From the human T2T-CHM13v2.0 reference genome, Homo sapiens: DNA of 64,000 nt. The notes under the pieces are model-generated. The model was given only the letters and a program-made list of their open reading frames with translations. It was not told the DNA's origin and did no database searches. The position numbers were made by a program, and so were the translations under genes. The stretch lies in assembly GCF_009914755.1 (NCBI RefSeq), contig NC_060940.1. One strand, given 5' to 3'. Shown here one piece after another: positions 1 to 14,900 of this stretch. Every line of letters begins with the position of its first letter. The stretch's first letter is position 1.

Positions 1-3000
1 GATGATTCCAATTGATTCCATTCAATGATTATGGCTATCGATTCCACTCGTTGATTCCATTTGATTCCATTCGATGATTATTCCGTTAGATTCCATTAGG
101 AGATTCCATTCGATTTTATTCAATGATTCCAATTGATTCCATTCAATGATGATTCCATTCGACTCCATTCAGTGATTCCATTTGAGTCCATTTGATGATT
201 CCATTCGAGTCCATTTGATGATTCCATTCTTTTCCATTTGATGATGATTCCATTAGGGTCCATTCAATGATTCCATTCGAGTCCATTCGTTAATGCCTTT
301 CGAGTCCTTTTGATCACTACATTCGAGTCCATTCAATGATTCTATTCGATTCCATTCCATGATGATTCCATTCGAGTTCATTCGATGATTGCATTCGAGT
401 CCATTTGATGATTCCATAAGATTCCATTCGACAATGATTCCATTCGTGTCCATTTGATGATTCCATTCATTTCCTATCGATGAAGATTCCATTCGAGTGT
501 ATTCGATGATTCCATTCAAATCCATTCGATGATGATTCCATTCCAGTCCATTCGATCATTCCACTTGATTCCATTTGATGACTATTCCATTCAAATCCAT
601 TTGATGATTCCATTCGATTCCATTCGATGTTACCATTCCAGTATATACGATGATTCCACTCGATTCCATTTGATGATTATTCCATTGGAGTCGACTTAGT
701 GAATCCTTTAGATTCTACTCGAAGATGATTCCATTCGAGTCCATTCGATGATACCATTCAATTCCATTCGTTGATGCTTCCATTCAAGTGCATTCGATGA
801 TATCATTCGATTCCATTTGATGATAATTCCATTTGATTCCATGTGATGATTCTATTCCATTCCATTCAATGATAATTCCATTCAATTCAGTGATTCCTCT
901 GGACTCCATTTGATGATGATTCCATTCAATGATTCCATTCGATTCTATTCGAAAATGATTCCATTTGAATCCATTTGATGATGATTCCATTCGATTCCAT
1001 TTGATGATTCCATTCGATTCCATTCGACGATGATTCCATTCGATTCCATTTGATGATTCCATTCTATTCTATTCGATGATGATTCCATTCGATTCCATTC
1101 GATGATGATTGGATTCGATTCCATTTGATGATTTCATTTGATTCCATTCGATGATGATTTCGATCAATTCCATTCGATGATTCCATTCGATTCCATTTGA
1201 TAATGATTACATCCGAGTCCATTCGATGATTCCATTTGAGCCCGTTCGATAATTCCATTTGAGTCCAATCAATGATTCCATTCATTTCCATTCAATGATT
1301 CCATTCGAGTCCATTTGATCATTCCGGTAGGGTCCGTTCGATGTTGATTCCATTGGAGTGCATTCGATGATTCCATTCGAGTCCATTTTAGGATTTGATT
1401 CGAGTCCTTTCGATGATTCCATTCGATTCCACTCGATGCGATGATGATTTCATTCGAGTCCATTCGACACTTCCAATCGATTCCATTTGATGTTTCCATT
1501 CGAGTCCAATTGATGATTCCATTCAATTCCATTCGATGATGATTCCGTACGATTCCATTCTGTGATGATTCCATGTGATTGCATTCAATGATGATTTCTT
1601 TCGATTGCATTCGATTATGATTCATTTCGTGTTCATTCTATGGTTCCACAGGTTTCACATCGTGTCCATTCCATTATTCCATTCTATTCCATTTGATGAT
1701 GATTCCATTCGATTCCATTCATTGGTGATTCCACTCAATTCCATTCAATGATTCCATTCCATTTCTTTCAACAATGATTCCATTAGTTTCTAATCGATGA
1801 TCCACTTGATTCCATTTGACGATGATTCCATTCTTGTCCATTCGATGATTCCATTTGATTCCATATGATGATGATTCCATTAGATTCCATACGATGATGA
1901 TTCCATTCGAGTCCATTCAATGGTGATTCCATTCAATTCCATTCGATGATTCCTTTCGATTCCATTTGATGATGATGGCATTCGATTCCTTTCAATCATT
2001 CCCTTTGATTCCACTCAAAGGTGATTTCATTCAAGTCCATTCGATAATTGCATTCGATTCCATTCTATGATGATTCCATTCGAGTCCATTTGATGATTCC
2101 ATTCAATTCAAGTCAATGATGATTCCATTCGATTCCATTCGATGATTCCATTGGATTCCATTCGATGATGATTCCATTCAAATCCATTCGATAATTCAAT
2201 TCACGTCCATTCGATGATGATTCCAATCGAATCCATTCAAAGATTCCATTCAATTCCATTCGATGATTCCCTTAGATTCCATTCGATGATTCCACTTGAT
2301 TCCATTTACGATGATTCCATTCGATTCCATGTGATGATTCCATTCAATTCTATTCAATGATGTTTCCATTTGATTCCATTCGACCATGATTGCCTTTGAT
2401 TCCATTCAATGATTCCATTCGGTTCCGTTTGATGATGATTCCGTTCGATTCCATTTGATGATTCCATTTGATTCCATTGGATGAGTCCATTCGATTACAT
2501 TCGATGATTATTCCATTCGAGTGCATTAGATGATTCCATTCGAGTCCATTCGATGATTCCATTCGAGTCCATTCGATGATTCCATTCGATTCCATTCGAT
2601 GTTGATTCTGTTCAAATCCATTCGATGATTCCACTCGATTCCATTCGATGACTCCATTTGATCCCATTCGATGATTTCCTTTGATTCCCTTTGATGATCA
2701 TTCCATTTGATTCAATTCGGTGATTTCATTGGATTCCATTCAGTGATGTTTCCATTCGACTCCATTCGATGATGATTCCATTCGACTACATTCGATTATG
2801 ATTTCATTCAATTCCATTCGATAAAGATTCCCTTCGAGTCCAATCGATGATTCCATTCGATTCCATTCAACGATGATTTGATTCGTGTCCATTCGATGAT
2901 TCCATTTGATTCCACTTGATGAGGATTCCATTCGAGTCCATTTGATGATTCCATTCAATTGCATTCTCCGATGATTTCTTTTGAGCCCATTCAATGCTTC

Positions 3001-6000
3001 CACTCGATTCCATATGATGATGACTCCATTCGATGAAACGCGATGATGATTCCATTCGCTTGCATTCGATGATGATTCCACTTGAGTCCGTTAGAAGATT
3101 CTATTCAATTACATTCCATGACGATTCCGTTCGAGTCCATTTGATGATTCCATTAGACTCCATTCCACGATGATTCCATTCGATGTTATTCGATGATTCC
3201 ATTCGATCTCATTCGTTGATGATTCCATTCAACTCCATTCGATGTTTCCATTCGAGTTCATTCTATTATTCCATTAGATTCCATTCGATGATGATTCCAT
3301 TCGATTCCATTTGATGATTGCATTCTATTTCATTTGATGAGGATTCCATTCGAGTCCACTCGATGATTCCATTCGAGTCCATTTAATGAATCCATTGGTT
3401 TCAATTCTATGATGATTACATTGGATTCCATTCGTTGATGATTTCATTCGGTTCCATTCAATGATGATTCCATTCAATTCCTTTCAATGTTTCCATTCAA
3501 TTCCATACGATGATGATTCCATTTGATTTGATTCGACAGTGAGCCATTCGATTCAATTCCATGATGATTCTATTTGATTCACTTGGTTGACATTTCCATT
3601 CGATTCCATTCGATGATGATTCCATTTGATTCCATTCAAAGATGATTCCATTCTAGCCCATTCAATCATTCCATTCGATTCTATTCAATGATGATTCCAT
3701 TCATGTCGATTTGGTGATTCAATTTGACTTCATTTGATGATGATTCCTTTCAAGTTCATTAGATGATTCCATTCGATTCCATTTGATGATGATCCCATTC
3801 GAGTCCATTCAGTGATTCCACTCGTTTCCATTCCATGATGATTCCATTCCATTCCATTCAATGATTCCATTCGATTCCGTTTGATGATGATTTCATTCGA
3901 GTCCATTTGATGATTCCATTTGATTCCATTCGATGATGATTCCATTCGAGTCCATTCGATGATTCTATTCGAATCCATTTGATGATTTCTTTTGATTATA
4001 TTTGGTGATGATTCCATTGGAGTCCATTCAATGATTCCATTCGATTCCAATCGATGATGATTCCATTAGAGTCCATTTAATGATTCCATTTGATTCCAGT
4101 CTCTGATGTTTACATTCGAGTCCATACGATGATTCCACTCAATTCCATATGATGATGATTCCATTCGATTCCATTCGATGATTCCATTCTATTCTATTCA
4201 ATGGTGATTCCATTCGAGTACATTAGATGATTCCATTCGATTCCATTCAATGATGATTCTATTTGTGTCCCTTAGATGATTCCACATGATTCCATTAGAT
4301 GATGATACTATTTGAGCCCATCCAATGATTCCCTTCGATTCCATTCGATGAGGATTCCATTCGATTCAATTCATTGGTGATTCTATTCAATTCAATTCTT
4401 TGATTCAATTCCATTCCATTCGACAATGATTCCATTCGATTTCTTTCGATGATTCCACTCAATTTCACTTGACATTGATTCCATTCGATTCCATTCAATG
4501 ATTCCATTTGATTCCAGTGGATGATGATTGCCGTCGATTCCATTCGATCACTCCATTCTGTTCCATTTGATGATGATTACATTCGATTCCATTTGATGAT
4601 TCCATCTGACTCTATTCGAGGATTCCATTTGATTCCATTCGATGATGATTCCATTCGAGTCCATTCGATGATTTCATTCGAGTACATCCAATGATTCCAT
4701 TCGAGTCCATTTGATGATTCCATTTCATTCCATTTGATTATGATTCTACTAGAGTCCATTCAATGACTCCATTCGAGTCCATTCAACAGTTCCATCCGAG
4801 TCCATTCGATGATTCCATTCGATTCCATTTGATGATTCCATTTGAGTCCATTTAATCATTACAGTCGAGTCCATTTGGTGATTCCACTGGATTTCTTTTG
4901 ATAATGATACCATTCAATTACATTTGATGATGATCCCATTCAATTTCATTTGATGATGATTCCATTAGAGTCCATTCCATGATTTCATTCGAGTCCCTTC
5001 ATTGATTCCATCCGATTTCATTTCATGATGACTCCATTCGAGTCCATTCGATGATTCCACTCGATTCCATTAGATGATTCCATTGGAGTCCATTTGATTG
5101 TTCCATTCGATTCCATTCGATTCCTTTCGAAGATTATTCCATTTGAGTCCATTCGATGATGATTCCATTCCATTCCATTCGATGATTCCGTTTGATTCCA
5201 TTCGATGATTCCCTGCGATTCCTTTCTATGATGATTCCATTCCATTCCATTCAATGATTCCATTCGAATCTATTCCATGATGATTCCTTTCGATTCCATT
5301 CGCTGATGTTTCCGTTCAATTCCATTCGATGATGATTCCATTCGATTCCATTCATTGAGGATTCCATTGGATTCCATTCAATGATGATTCCATTCTATTC
5401 CATTCAATGATTGCATTCAATTCCATTCAATGATTATGCCATTAGAGTAAATTCAACGATTCCATTCAATACCATTCGATGATGATTCCTTTTGAGTCCA
5501 TTCAATGATTTCATTCAAGTCCATTTGATGATTCCTTTCAATTCCATTCCATGATGATTCCATTCGAGTCCATTCGATGATTCCATTCGATTGCATTCGA
5601 TGATTCCATTATATTCCATTCAACGATGATTCCATTCGAGTCCATTCGATGATTCCATTAGAGTACATATAATGATTGCTTTGTTTTCAATTCGAAGATG
5701 ATTACATTGGATTCCATTCTATGATTCCATTCGATTCCATTCATTGATGATTCCACCCGATTCCATTCGATGATGATTCCACTCAAATCCATTGGATGAT
5801 TCCATTCGTTTCCAATTGGTGATTTCATTAGATTCCATTCGAGGATGATTCTATTCGAGTCCATTCAATGATTCCATTGGATTCCGTTTGATAATGATTC
5901 CATTAGAGTTCATTCGTTGATTCCCTTCGAGTCCATTCGATTATTTCTTTTGATTCCATTTGATGATGATTCCATTCGATTCCATTCAATGATTCCATTC

Positions 6001-9000
6001 CATTCCATTCGATGATGATTCCATTCGATAATGATTACATTCGAGCCCATGTGATGATTCCATTAGATTCTATTCAATGATGATTCCATTCGACCACATT
6101 CGATGATGGCATTCGAGTCCATTCGATGATTTCACTCGATTCCACTTGATGATGATTCCTTTTGAGTCCATTTGATGATTACATTCGAGTCCATGAGATG
6201 ACTCCATTCGATTCCATTTCATGATGATGCAATTCGAGGCTATTCGATCATCCCATTTTAGTGCATTCGGTGATTCTCTTTTATTACATTCGATGAGGGC
6301 TCCATTCGAGTCCATTCAATGATTCCATTAGATTCCACTCGATGATGATTCCATTTGAGTCCATTCAAAGATTCCTTTCGAGTCCATTCGATAATTCTAT
6401 TGGATTCCACTAGGTGATGATTCCTTTCGAGTCAATTCGATGATTCCTTTCAAGTGCCTTCAATGATTCCATTCGATTCCATTCGATGACGATTCATTTC
6501 AAGTCCATTCAATGGTTCCATTCTGTTGAATTTGATGGTTCCATTTGATTCCATTCGATGATGATTCCATTCGTGTCCATTGGATGATTCCATTCGATTC
6601 CTTTTGAGGAAGATTCCATTCGACTCCATTCGATGATTCCGTTCGATTCCATTCCATGATGATTCCATTTGATTCCATTCCATGATTCCATTCGATACCA
6701 TTCGATGATGATTCCATTCGACTCCATTTGATGAATCCATTCAATGCTTCCATTCGAGTCCATTCGATGATTCCATTCGATTCCATTCCATGAAGATTCC
6801 ATTCGAGTACATTTGATGATTCCATTTAATTCCATAGGATGATGATTCTATTAGGGTCCGTTGACTATTCCATTCAATTCCATTCGAAGATTCCATTCGA
6901 GTCCACTCGATGATTCTATTTGATTCCATTTGATAATTCCATTCGATTCCATTTGATGTTGATTCCATTCGAGTCCATTCGATCATTATTACATTTGATT
7001 CTATTCGATGATTCCATTCGATTCCATTTGATGAGGATTCCATTCGAGACCATTTGATGATTCCATTCAATTCCATTGGATGATTCCAATATTTTCCATT
7101 AGATGATGATTCCATTCGATTCCATTCAATGATGATTCCATCAGAATCCATTCGATGATGACTCCTTTTGCTTCCATTCAATGATCATTACATTCGGTTC
7201 CATTCGATGATGATTCCTTTGGATTCCATTCGATGATGCTTCCATTCGATTCCATTTGATGATGATTCTTTTCGATTCCATTTGATGATGATTCCATTTG
7301 ATTCCATTCGATGGTGATTCCATTTGATGATTCCATTCGATTGTATTCGATGATGATTCCACTCGATTCTATTTGATGATGACTGCATTCGATTCCATTT
7401 GATGATTCCATTTGATTCCATTCGATGATGATTCTGATCAATTGCATTCGATGATCCATTCGATTCCATTCGATGGTTCCATTTGATTCCATTTGATAAT
7501 GATTCCTTTCGAGTCCATTCGATGATTCCATTTGCGGATATTCGATAATTCCATTTGAGTCCAACCGATGATTCCATTCGAGGCCATTCAATCATTCTTT
7601 TTGAGTCCTTTCGATAAAGATTCCATTTTAGTCCATTCAATAATTCCACTGGAGTCCATTCGATGATTGCTTTTAATTCCATTCGATGATATTCCATTCG
7701 AGTCCATTCGATGATTCCATTCGTTGCTATTAGATGATGATTCCATTCATGACCATTTGGTGATTCCATTCGATTTCATTCGTTGATGATTCCATTCGAG
7801 TCCATTCCATGATTCCATTCAAGTCCATTTGATGATTTCTTTGAATTCAATTCGATGATGATTCCATTCGAGTCCATTCGATGATTCCATTCAGTTCCAT
7901 TCGATGATGATTCCTTTCGAGACCATATGATGATTCCATTTGATTTCATTCGATGATGATTCCATTCGATTCCATTCGATGATTCCATTCTATTCCATTC
8001 GATGATGATTCCATTCGAGTCCATTTAATGATTCCATTGGGTTCAATTCAATGATGATTACATTGGATTCTCTTCTATGATACCATTCAATTCCGTTCAT
8101 TGACAATTTGATTCCATTCGATGATGATTCCATTTGAGTTCATTCGATGATTCTATTCGATTCTCTTCGATGGTGATTCAATTCTATTATATTGGATGAT
8201 TCCATTCGATTCCATTTGATGTTGATTCAATTCGATTCTATTCGATGATGATTCCATTGGATTTCATTTGATGATTCTATTCGATTCCATTCAATGATGA
8301 TTCACTTCTCGTCCATTGGATGATTCCATTTCATTCCATTCGATGATGATTCCATTCGATTCCATTCGATGATTCCATTTGATTCCATTCGACGGTGAGC
8401 AATTCGATTCAATTCCATGATGATTCTATTTGATTCAGTTAGATGATGTTTCCATTCGAATCCATTCCATGATTATTCCATTGGAATCCATTCGGCGATG
8501 ATTCCATATGAGTCAATTCAATGATGCTTCCATATGGGTCAGTTCGATGATAATTCCATTTGATTTCATTCGATGCTTCTATTCAATTCCAGTCGATGAT
8601 GATTCCGTTGGAGTCCATACGATGACTCCATTTGATTTCATTTGATGATGATTCCATTCGATTCCATTCGATGACTCCATTCTGTTCCATTCGATGATGA
8701 TTCCATTCGAGTCCATTCGATGATTCCATTCGAGTCCATTTCATGATTCCATTGGGTTCAATTCGATGATGATTACACTGGATTCCATTCTATGATTCCA
8801 TTCAATTCCATTCGTTGATGATTCGATTCCATTCAATGATGATTCCATTTGAGTTCATTCGATGATTCTATTCGATTCCGTTCGATGGTGATTCAATTCT
8901 ATTATATTGGATGATTCCATTCGATTCCATTTGATGATGATTCCATTCGATTCCATTCGATGATGATTCCATTTGATTCCATTTGATGTTGATTCTATTC

Positions 9001-11933
9001 GATTCTATTCAATGATGATTCCATTCGATTTCATTTGATGATTCTATTCGATTCCTTTCGATGATTCTATTCCATTCCATTCGATGATGATTCAATTCTC
9101 TTCCATTGGATGATTCCATTTTATTCCATTCGACGATGACTCCATTTGATTCCATTCAATGATGATTCCATTCGATTCCATTCGGTGATTCCATTTGATT
9201 CCATTCGACGGTGAGCAATTTGATTCAATTCCATAATGATTCTATTTGATTCAATTAGATGATGTTTCCATTCGAATCCATTCGGTGATGATTCCATTGG
9301 TATCCATTCGACGATGATTCCATATGAGTCAATTCGATGATGATTCCATACGAGTCCGTTGGATGATAATTCCATTTGATTTCATTCAATCCTTCTATTC
9401 GATTCCATTTGATGATGATTCCATCTGAATCCATTCTCCGATTCCATTCGATTTCATTCGATGCTTCTATTTGATTTCATTCGAAGATGATTCCTTTCAA
9501 TTCCGTTCATTAATTCCATTTGATTCCATTCGATGATGATTCCATCCGATTCCATTGGATGATGATTCCATTCGAGTCCATTCGATGATTCCGTTCTAAT
9601 CCATTCTATGATTCCATTCGAGTCCATTCGATGATTCCATTCGATTCCATTCAGTGATGATTCCATTTGATTCCATCTGATGATGATTTCATTTGATTCC
9701 ATTCGATGATGATTCCATTGGAGTCCATTGAATGATTCAATTCAATTCCATTCCATGTGGATTCCATTCGAATTCATTCGATTATTCCATTCAAATCCCT
9801 TCGTTGATTCCATCTGATTCCACTTGACGATGATTCCATTCAAGTCCAATCGATGATTCCATTCGGTTCCATTCAATGATTCCATTCGAGTCCATTTATG
9901 TATTATATTCGTGTCCACTTGATGACTCCATTCAATTCCATTTAATGATGATTCCATTTGATTCCATTTGATGATTCAGTTCGATTCCTTACAATGATTC
10001 CCTACGATTCCTTTCTATGATGATTCCATTCGATTCCATTCATTGATGATTCCATTCGACTCCATTCAATGATGATTCCTTTCGATTCCATTTGACGATG
10101 TTTCCATTTGAGTCCATTCGATGATGATTCCATTGGTATCCATTCGACGATGATTCCATATGAGTCAATTCGATGATGATTCCATACGAGTCCGTTGGAT
10201 GATAATTCCATTTGATTTCATTCAATCCTTCTATTCGATTCCATTTGATGATGATTCCATCTGAATCCATTCTCCGATTCCATTCGATTTCATTCGATGC
10301 TTCTATTTGATTTCATTCGAAGATGATTCCTTTCAATTCCATTCATTAATTCCATTTGATTCCATTCGATGATGATTCCATCCGATTCCATTGGATGATG
10401 ATTCCACTCGAGTCCATTCGATGATTCCGTTCTAATCCATTCTATGATTCCATTCGAGTCCATTCGATGATTCCATTCGATTCCATTCAGTGATGATTCC
10501 ATTTGATTCCATCTGATGATGATTTCATTTGATTCCATTCGATGATGATTCCATTGGAGTCCATTGAATGATTCAATTCAATTCCATTCCATGTGGATTC
10601 CATTCGAATTCATTCGATTATTCCATTCAAATCCCTTCGTTGATTCCATCTGATTCCACTTGACGATGATTCCATTCAAGTCCAATCGATGATTCCATTC
10701 GGTTCCATTCAATGATTCCATTCGAGTCCATTTATGTATTATATTCGTGTCCACTTGATGACTCACTCCATTCAATTCCATTTAATGATGATTCCATTTG
10801 ATTCCATTTGATGATTCAGTTCGATTCCTTACAATGATTCCCTACGATTCCTTTCTATGATGATTCCATTCGATTCCATTCATTGATGATTCCATTCGAC
10901 TCCATTCGATGATGATTCCTTTCGATTCCATTTGACGATGTTTCCATTTGAGTCCATTCGATGATGATTCAATTCAGTTCTGTTCTATTATGAATCCATT
11001 CGATTTCATTCAATGCTTCTATTTGATTCCATTCGACGATGATTCCATCTCTTTCCCTTCGATGATTCCATTTGATTCCATTCAGTGATGATTCCATTTG
11101 ATTCCATCTGATGATGATTTCACTTGATTCATTTCAATGATGATTCCATTCAAGTCCATTCGATGATTCCATTGGAGTCCAAACGATCATTCCATTCGAT
11201 TCCATTCAATGATGATTCCATTCATGTCCATTCAATGAATCCTTTCAATTCCATTCGATGATGACTCCATTCGAGTACATTCGATGATTCCATTTGATTC
11301 CATCTGATGATGATTACATTCAATTCCATTCGAAGATGATTCCATTCAATTCCACTTGATGATGATTCCGTATGAATCCATTCGCTGATTATTCCATTCG
11401 ATTCCATTCATTGACGATTCCATTCGATTCCATTCAATGATGATTCTCTTCTATTGCATTCGATGATTCCGTTCGATTCCATTCGATGATGATTCCATTA
11501 GATTCCATTCGATTGTTGCATTCGATTCCCTTCGATGATGATTCCTTTGAATTCCATTCGATTATGATTCCGTATGAATCCATTTGATGATTATTCCATT
11601 GGATTCCTTTCGATGATGATTCCATTCGATTCCATTTGATGATGTTTCTCATGTATTCCATTTGATAATTCCTTTCAATTCCCTTCGATGATGATTCTTT
11701 CGAGTCAATTCGATGATTCTATTCCATTCCCTTCGATGATGATTCCATTTCACTCCATTCGATGATTCCATTCGATTCAATTTGGTGATGATTCAATTCG
11801 ATGACATTCGATGACTCCATTCAATTTCATTTGATGATGATTACATTCGAGTCCATTTGATGATTGTATTCCTTTCCTTTTGATGATTATTCCATTCGTG
11901 TCTATTCAAAGATTCCATTCTATTCCATTCAAC
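1..11933 (+). repeat. ~11.8-kb higher-order repeat, unit 1 (11933 bp; phase set by window start)
   Basis: GATGATTCCAATTGATTCCATTCAATGATTATGGCTATCG at 1 recurs at 11934. ORF 253 recurs at 12186 (+11933). Length = 11824 + 5 - 732 + 836. Confidence 0.92.
9286..10961 (+). repeat. Tandem duplication of 836/840 bp inside unit 1
   Basis: Identical ORFs at 9454 and 10290. TATCCATTCGACG occurs at 9301 and 10137. The second copy has an extra 4 bp (ACTCACTCC near 10761). Unit 2 has a single copy. Confidence 0.9.
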
Positions 11934-14900
11934 GATGATTCCAATTGATTCCATTCAATGATTATGGCTATCGATTCCACTCGTTGATTCCATTTGATTC
12001 CATTCGATGATTATTCCGTTAGATTCCATTAGGAGATTCCATTCGATTTTATTCAATGATTCCAATTGATTCCATTCAATGATGATTCCATTCGACTCCA
12101 TTCAGTGATTCCATTTGAGTCCATTTGATGATTCCATTCGAGTCCATTTGGTGATTCCATTCTTTTCCATTTGATGATGATTCCATTAGGGTCCATTCAA
12201 TGATTCCATTCGAGTCCATTCGTTAATGCCTTTCGAGTCCTTTTGATCACTACATTCGAGTCCATTCAATGATTCTATTCGATTCCATTCCATGATGATT
12301 CCATTCGAGTTCATTCGATGATTGCATTCGAGTCCATTTGATGATTCCATAAGATTCCATTCGACAATGATTCCATTCGTGTCCATTTGATGATTCCATT
12401 CATTTCCTATCGATGAAGATTCCATTCGAGTGTATTCGATGATTCCATTCAAATCCATTCGATGATGATTCCATTCCAGTCCATTCGATCATTCCACTTG
12501 ATTCCATTTGATGACTATTCCATTCAAATCCATTTGATGATTCCATTCGATTCCATTCGATGTTACCATTCCAGTATATACGATGATTCCACTCGATTCC
12601 ATTTGATGATTATTCCATTGGAGTCGACTTAGTGAATCCTTTAGATTCTACTCGAAGATGATTCCATTCGAGTCCATTCGATGATACCATTCAATTCCAT
12701 TCGTTGATGCTTCCATTCAAGTGCATTCGATGATATCATTCGATTCCATTTGATGATAATTCCATTTGATTCCATGTGATGATTCTATTCCATTCCATTC
12801 AATGATAATTCCATTCAATTCAGTGATTCCTCTGGACTCCATTTGATGATGATTCCATTCAATGATTCCATTCGATTCTATTCGAAAATGATTCCATTTG
12901 AATCCATTTGATGATGATTCCATTCGATTCCATTTGATGATTCCATTCGATTCCATTCGACGATGATTCCATTCGATTCCATTTGATGATTCCATTCTAT
13001 TCTATTCGATGATGATTCCATTCGATTCCATTCGATGATGATTGGATTCGATTCCATTTGATGATTTCATTTGATTCAATTCGATGATGATTTCGATCAA
13101 TTCCATTCGATGATTCCATTCGATTCCATTTGATAATGATTACATCCGAGTCCATTCGATGATTCCATTTGAGCCCGTTCGATAATTCCATTTGAGTCCA
13201 ATCAATGATTCCATTCATTTCCATTCAATGATTCCATTCGAGTCCATTTGATCATTCCGGTAGGGTCCGTTCGATGTTGATTCCATTGGAGTGCCTTCGA
13301 TGATTCCATTCGAGTCCATTTTAGGATTTGATTCGAGTCCTTTCGATGATTCCATTCGATTCCACTCGATGATGATTTCATTCGAGTCCATTCGACACTT
13401 CCAATCGATTCCATTTGATGTTTCCATTCGAGTCCAATTGATGATTCCATTCAATTCCATTCGATGATGATTCCGTACGATTCCATTCTGTGATGATTCC
13501 ATGTGATTGCATTCAATGATGATTCCTTTCGATTGCATTCGATTATGATTCATTTCGTGTTCATTCTATGGTTCCACAGGTTTCACATCGTGTCCATTCC
13601 ATTATTCCATTCTATTCCATTTGATGATGATTCCATTCGATTCCATTCATTGGTGATTCCACTCAATTCCATTCAATGATTCCATTCCATTTCTTTCAAC
13701 AATGATTCCATTAGTTTCTAATCGATGATCCACTTGATTCCATTTGACGATGATTCCATTCTTGTCCATTCGATGATTCCATTTGATTCCATATGATGAT
13801 GATTCCATTCGATTCCACACGATGATTATTCCATTCGAGTCCATTCAATGGTGATTCCATTCAATTCCATTCGATGATTCCTTTCGATTCCATTTGATGA
13901 TGATGGCATTCGATTCCTTTCAATCATTCCCTTTGATTCCACTCAAAGGTGATTTCATTCAAGTCCATTCGATAATTGCATTCGATTCCATTCTATGATG
14001 ATTCCATTCGAGTCCATTTGATGATTCCATTCAATTCAAGTCAATGATGATTCCATTCGATTCCATTCGATGATTCCATTGGATTCCATTCGATGATGAT
14101 TCCATTCAAATCCATTCGATAATTCAATTCACGTCCATTCGATGATGATTCCAATCGAATCCATTCAAAGATTCCATTCAATTCCATTCGATGATTCCCT
14201 TAGATTCCATTCGATGATTCCACTTGATTCCATTTACGATGATTCCATTCGATTCCATGTGATGATTCCATTCAATTCTATTCAATGATGTTTCCATTTG
14301 ATTCCATTCGACCATGATTGCCTTTGATTCCATTCAATGATTCCATTCGGTTCCGTTTGATGATGATTCCGTTCGATTCCATTTGATGATTCCATTTGAT
14401 TCCATTGGATGAGTCCATTCGATTACATTCGATGATTATTCCATTCGAGTGCATTAGATGATTCCATTCGAGTCCATTCGATGATTCCATTCGAGTCCAT
14501 TCGATGATTCCATTCGATTCCATTCGATGTTGATTCTGTTCAAATCCATTCGATGATTCCACTCGATTCCATTCGATGACTCCATTTGATCCCATTCGAT
14601 GATTTCCTTTGATTCCCTTTGATGATCATTCCATTTGATTCAATTCGGTGATTTCATTTGATTCCATTCAGTGATGTTTCCATTCGACTCCATTCGATGA
14701 TGATTCCATTCGACTACATTCGATTATGATTTCATTCAATTCCATTCGATAAAGATTCCCTTCGAGTCCAAACTATGATTCCATTCGATTCCATTCAACG
14801 ATGATTTGATTCGTGTCCATTCGATGATTCCATTTGATTCCACTTGATGAGGATTCCATTCGAGTCCATTTGATGATTCCATTCAATTCCATTCTCCGAT

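Noticed and set aside
1321-1345. G-rich island CCGGTAGGGTCCG and similar odd patches (GGTTCCACAGG, TTTATGTATTATA) as foreign inserts
   Set aside because: They align in register with the monomer as clustered substitutions. No target-site duplication or TE hallmark is present.
6222-6235. TGATGCAAT (C/EBP-ATF composite site) and scattered CATTCC TEAD-like motifs
   Set aside because: These are only a few changes from, or part of, the satellite consensus, so they are expected by chance. There is no independent support.
7188-7769. Longest ORF (193 aa; copy at 19848-20429)
   Set aside because: Same low-complexity satellite peptide. It recurs because of the HOR duplication, with no sign of coding selection.
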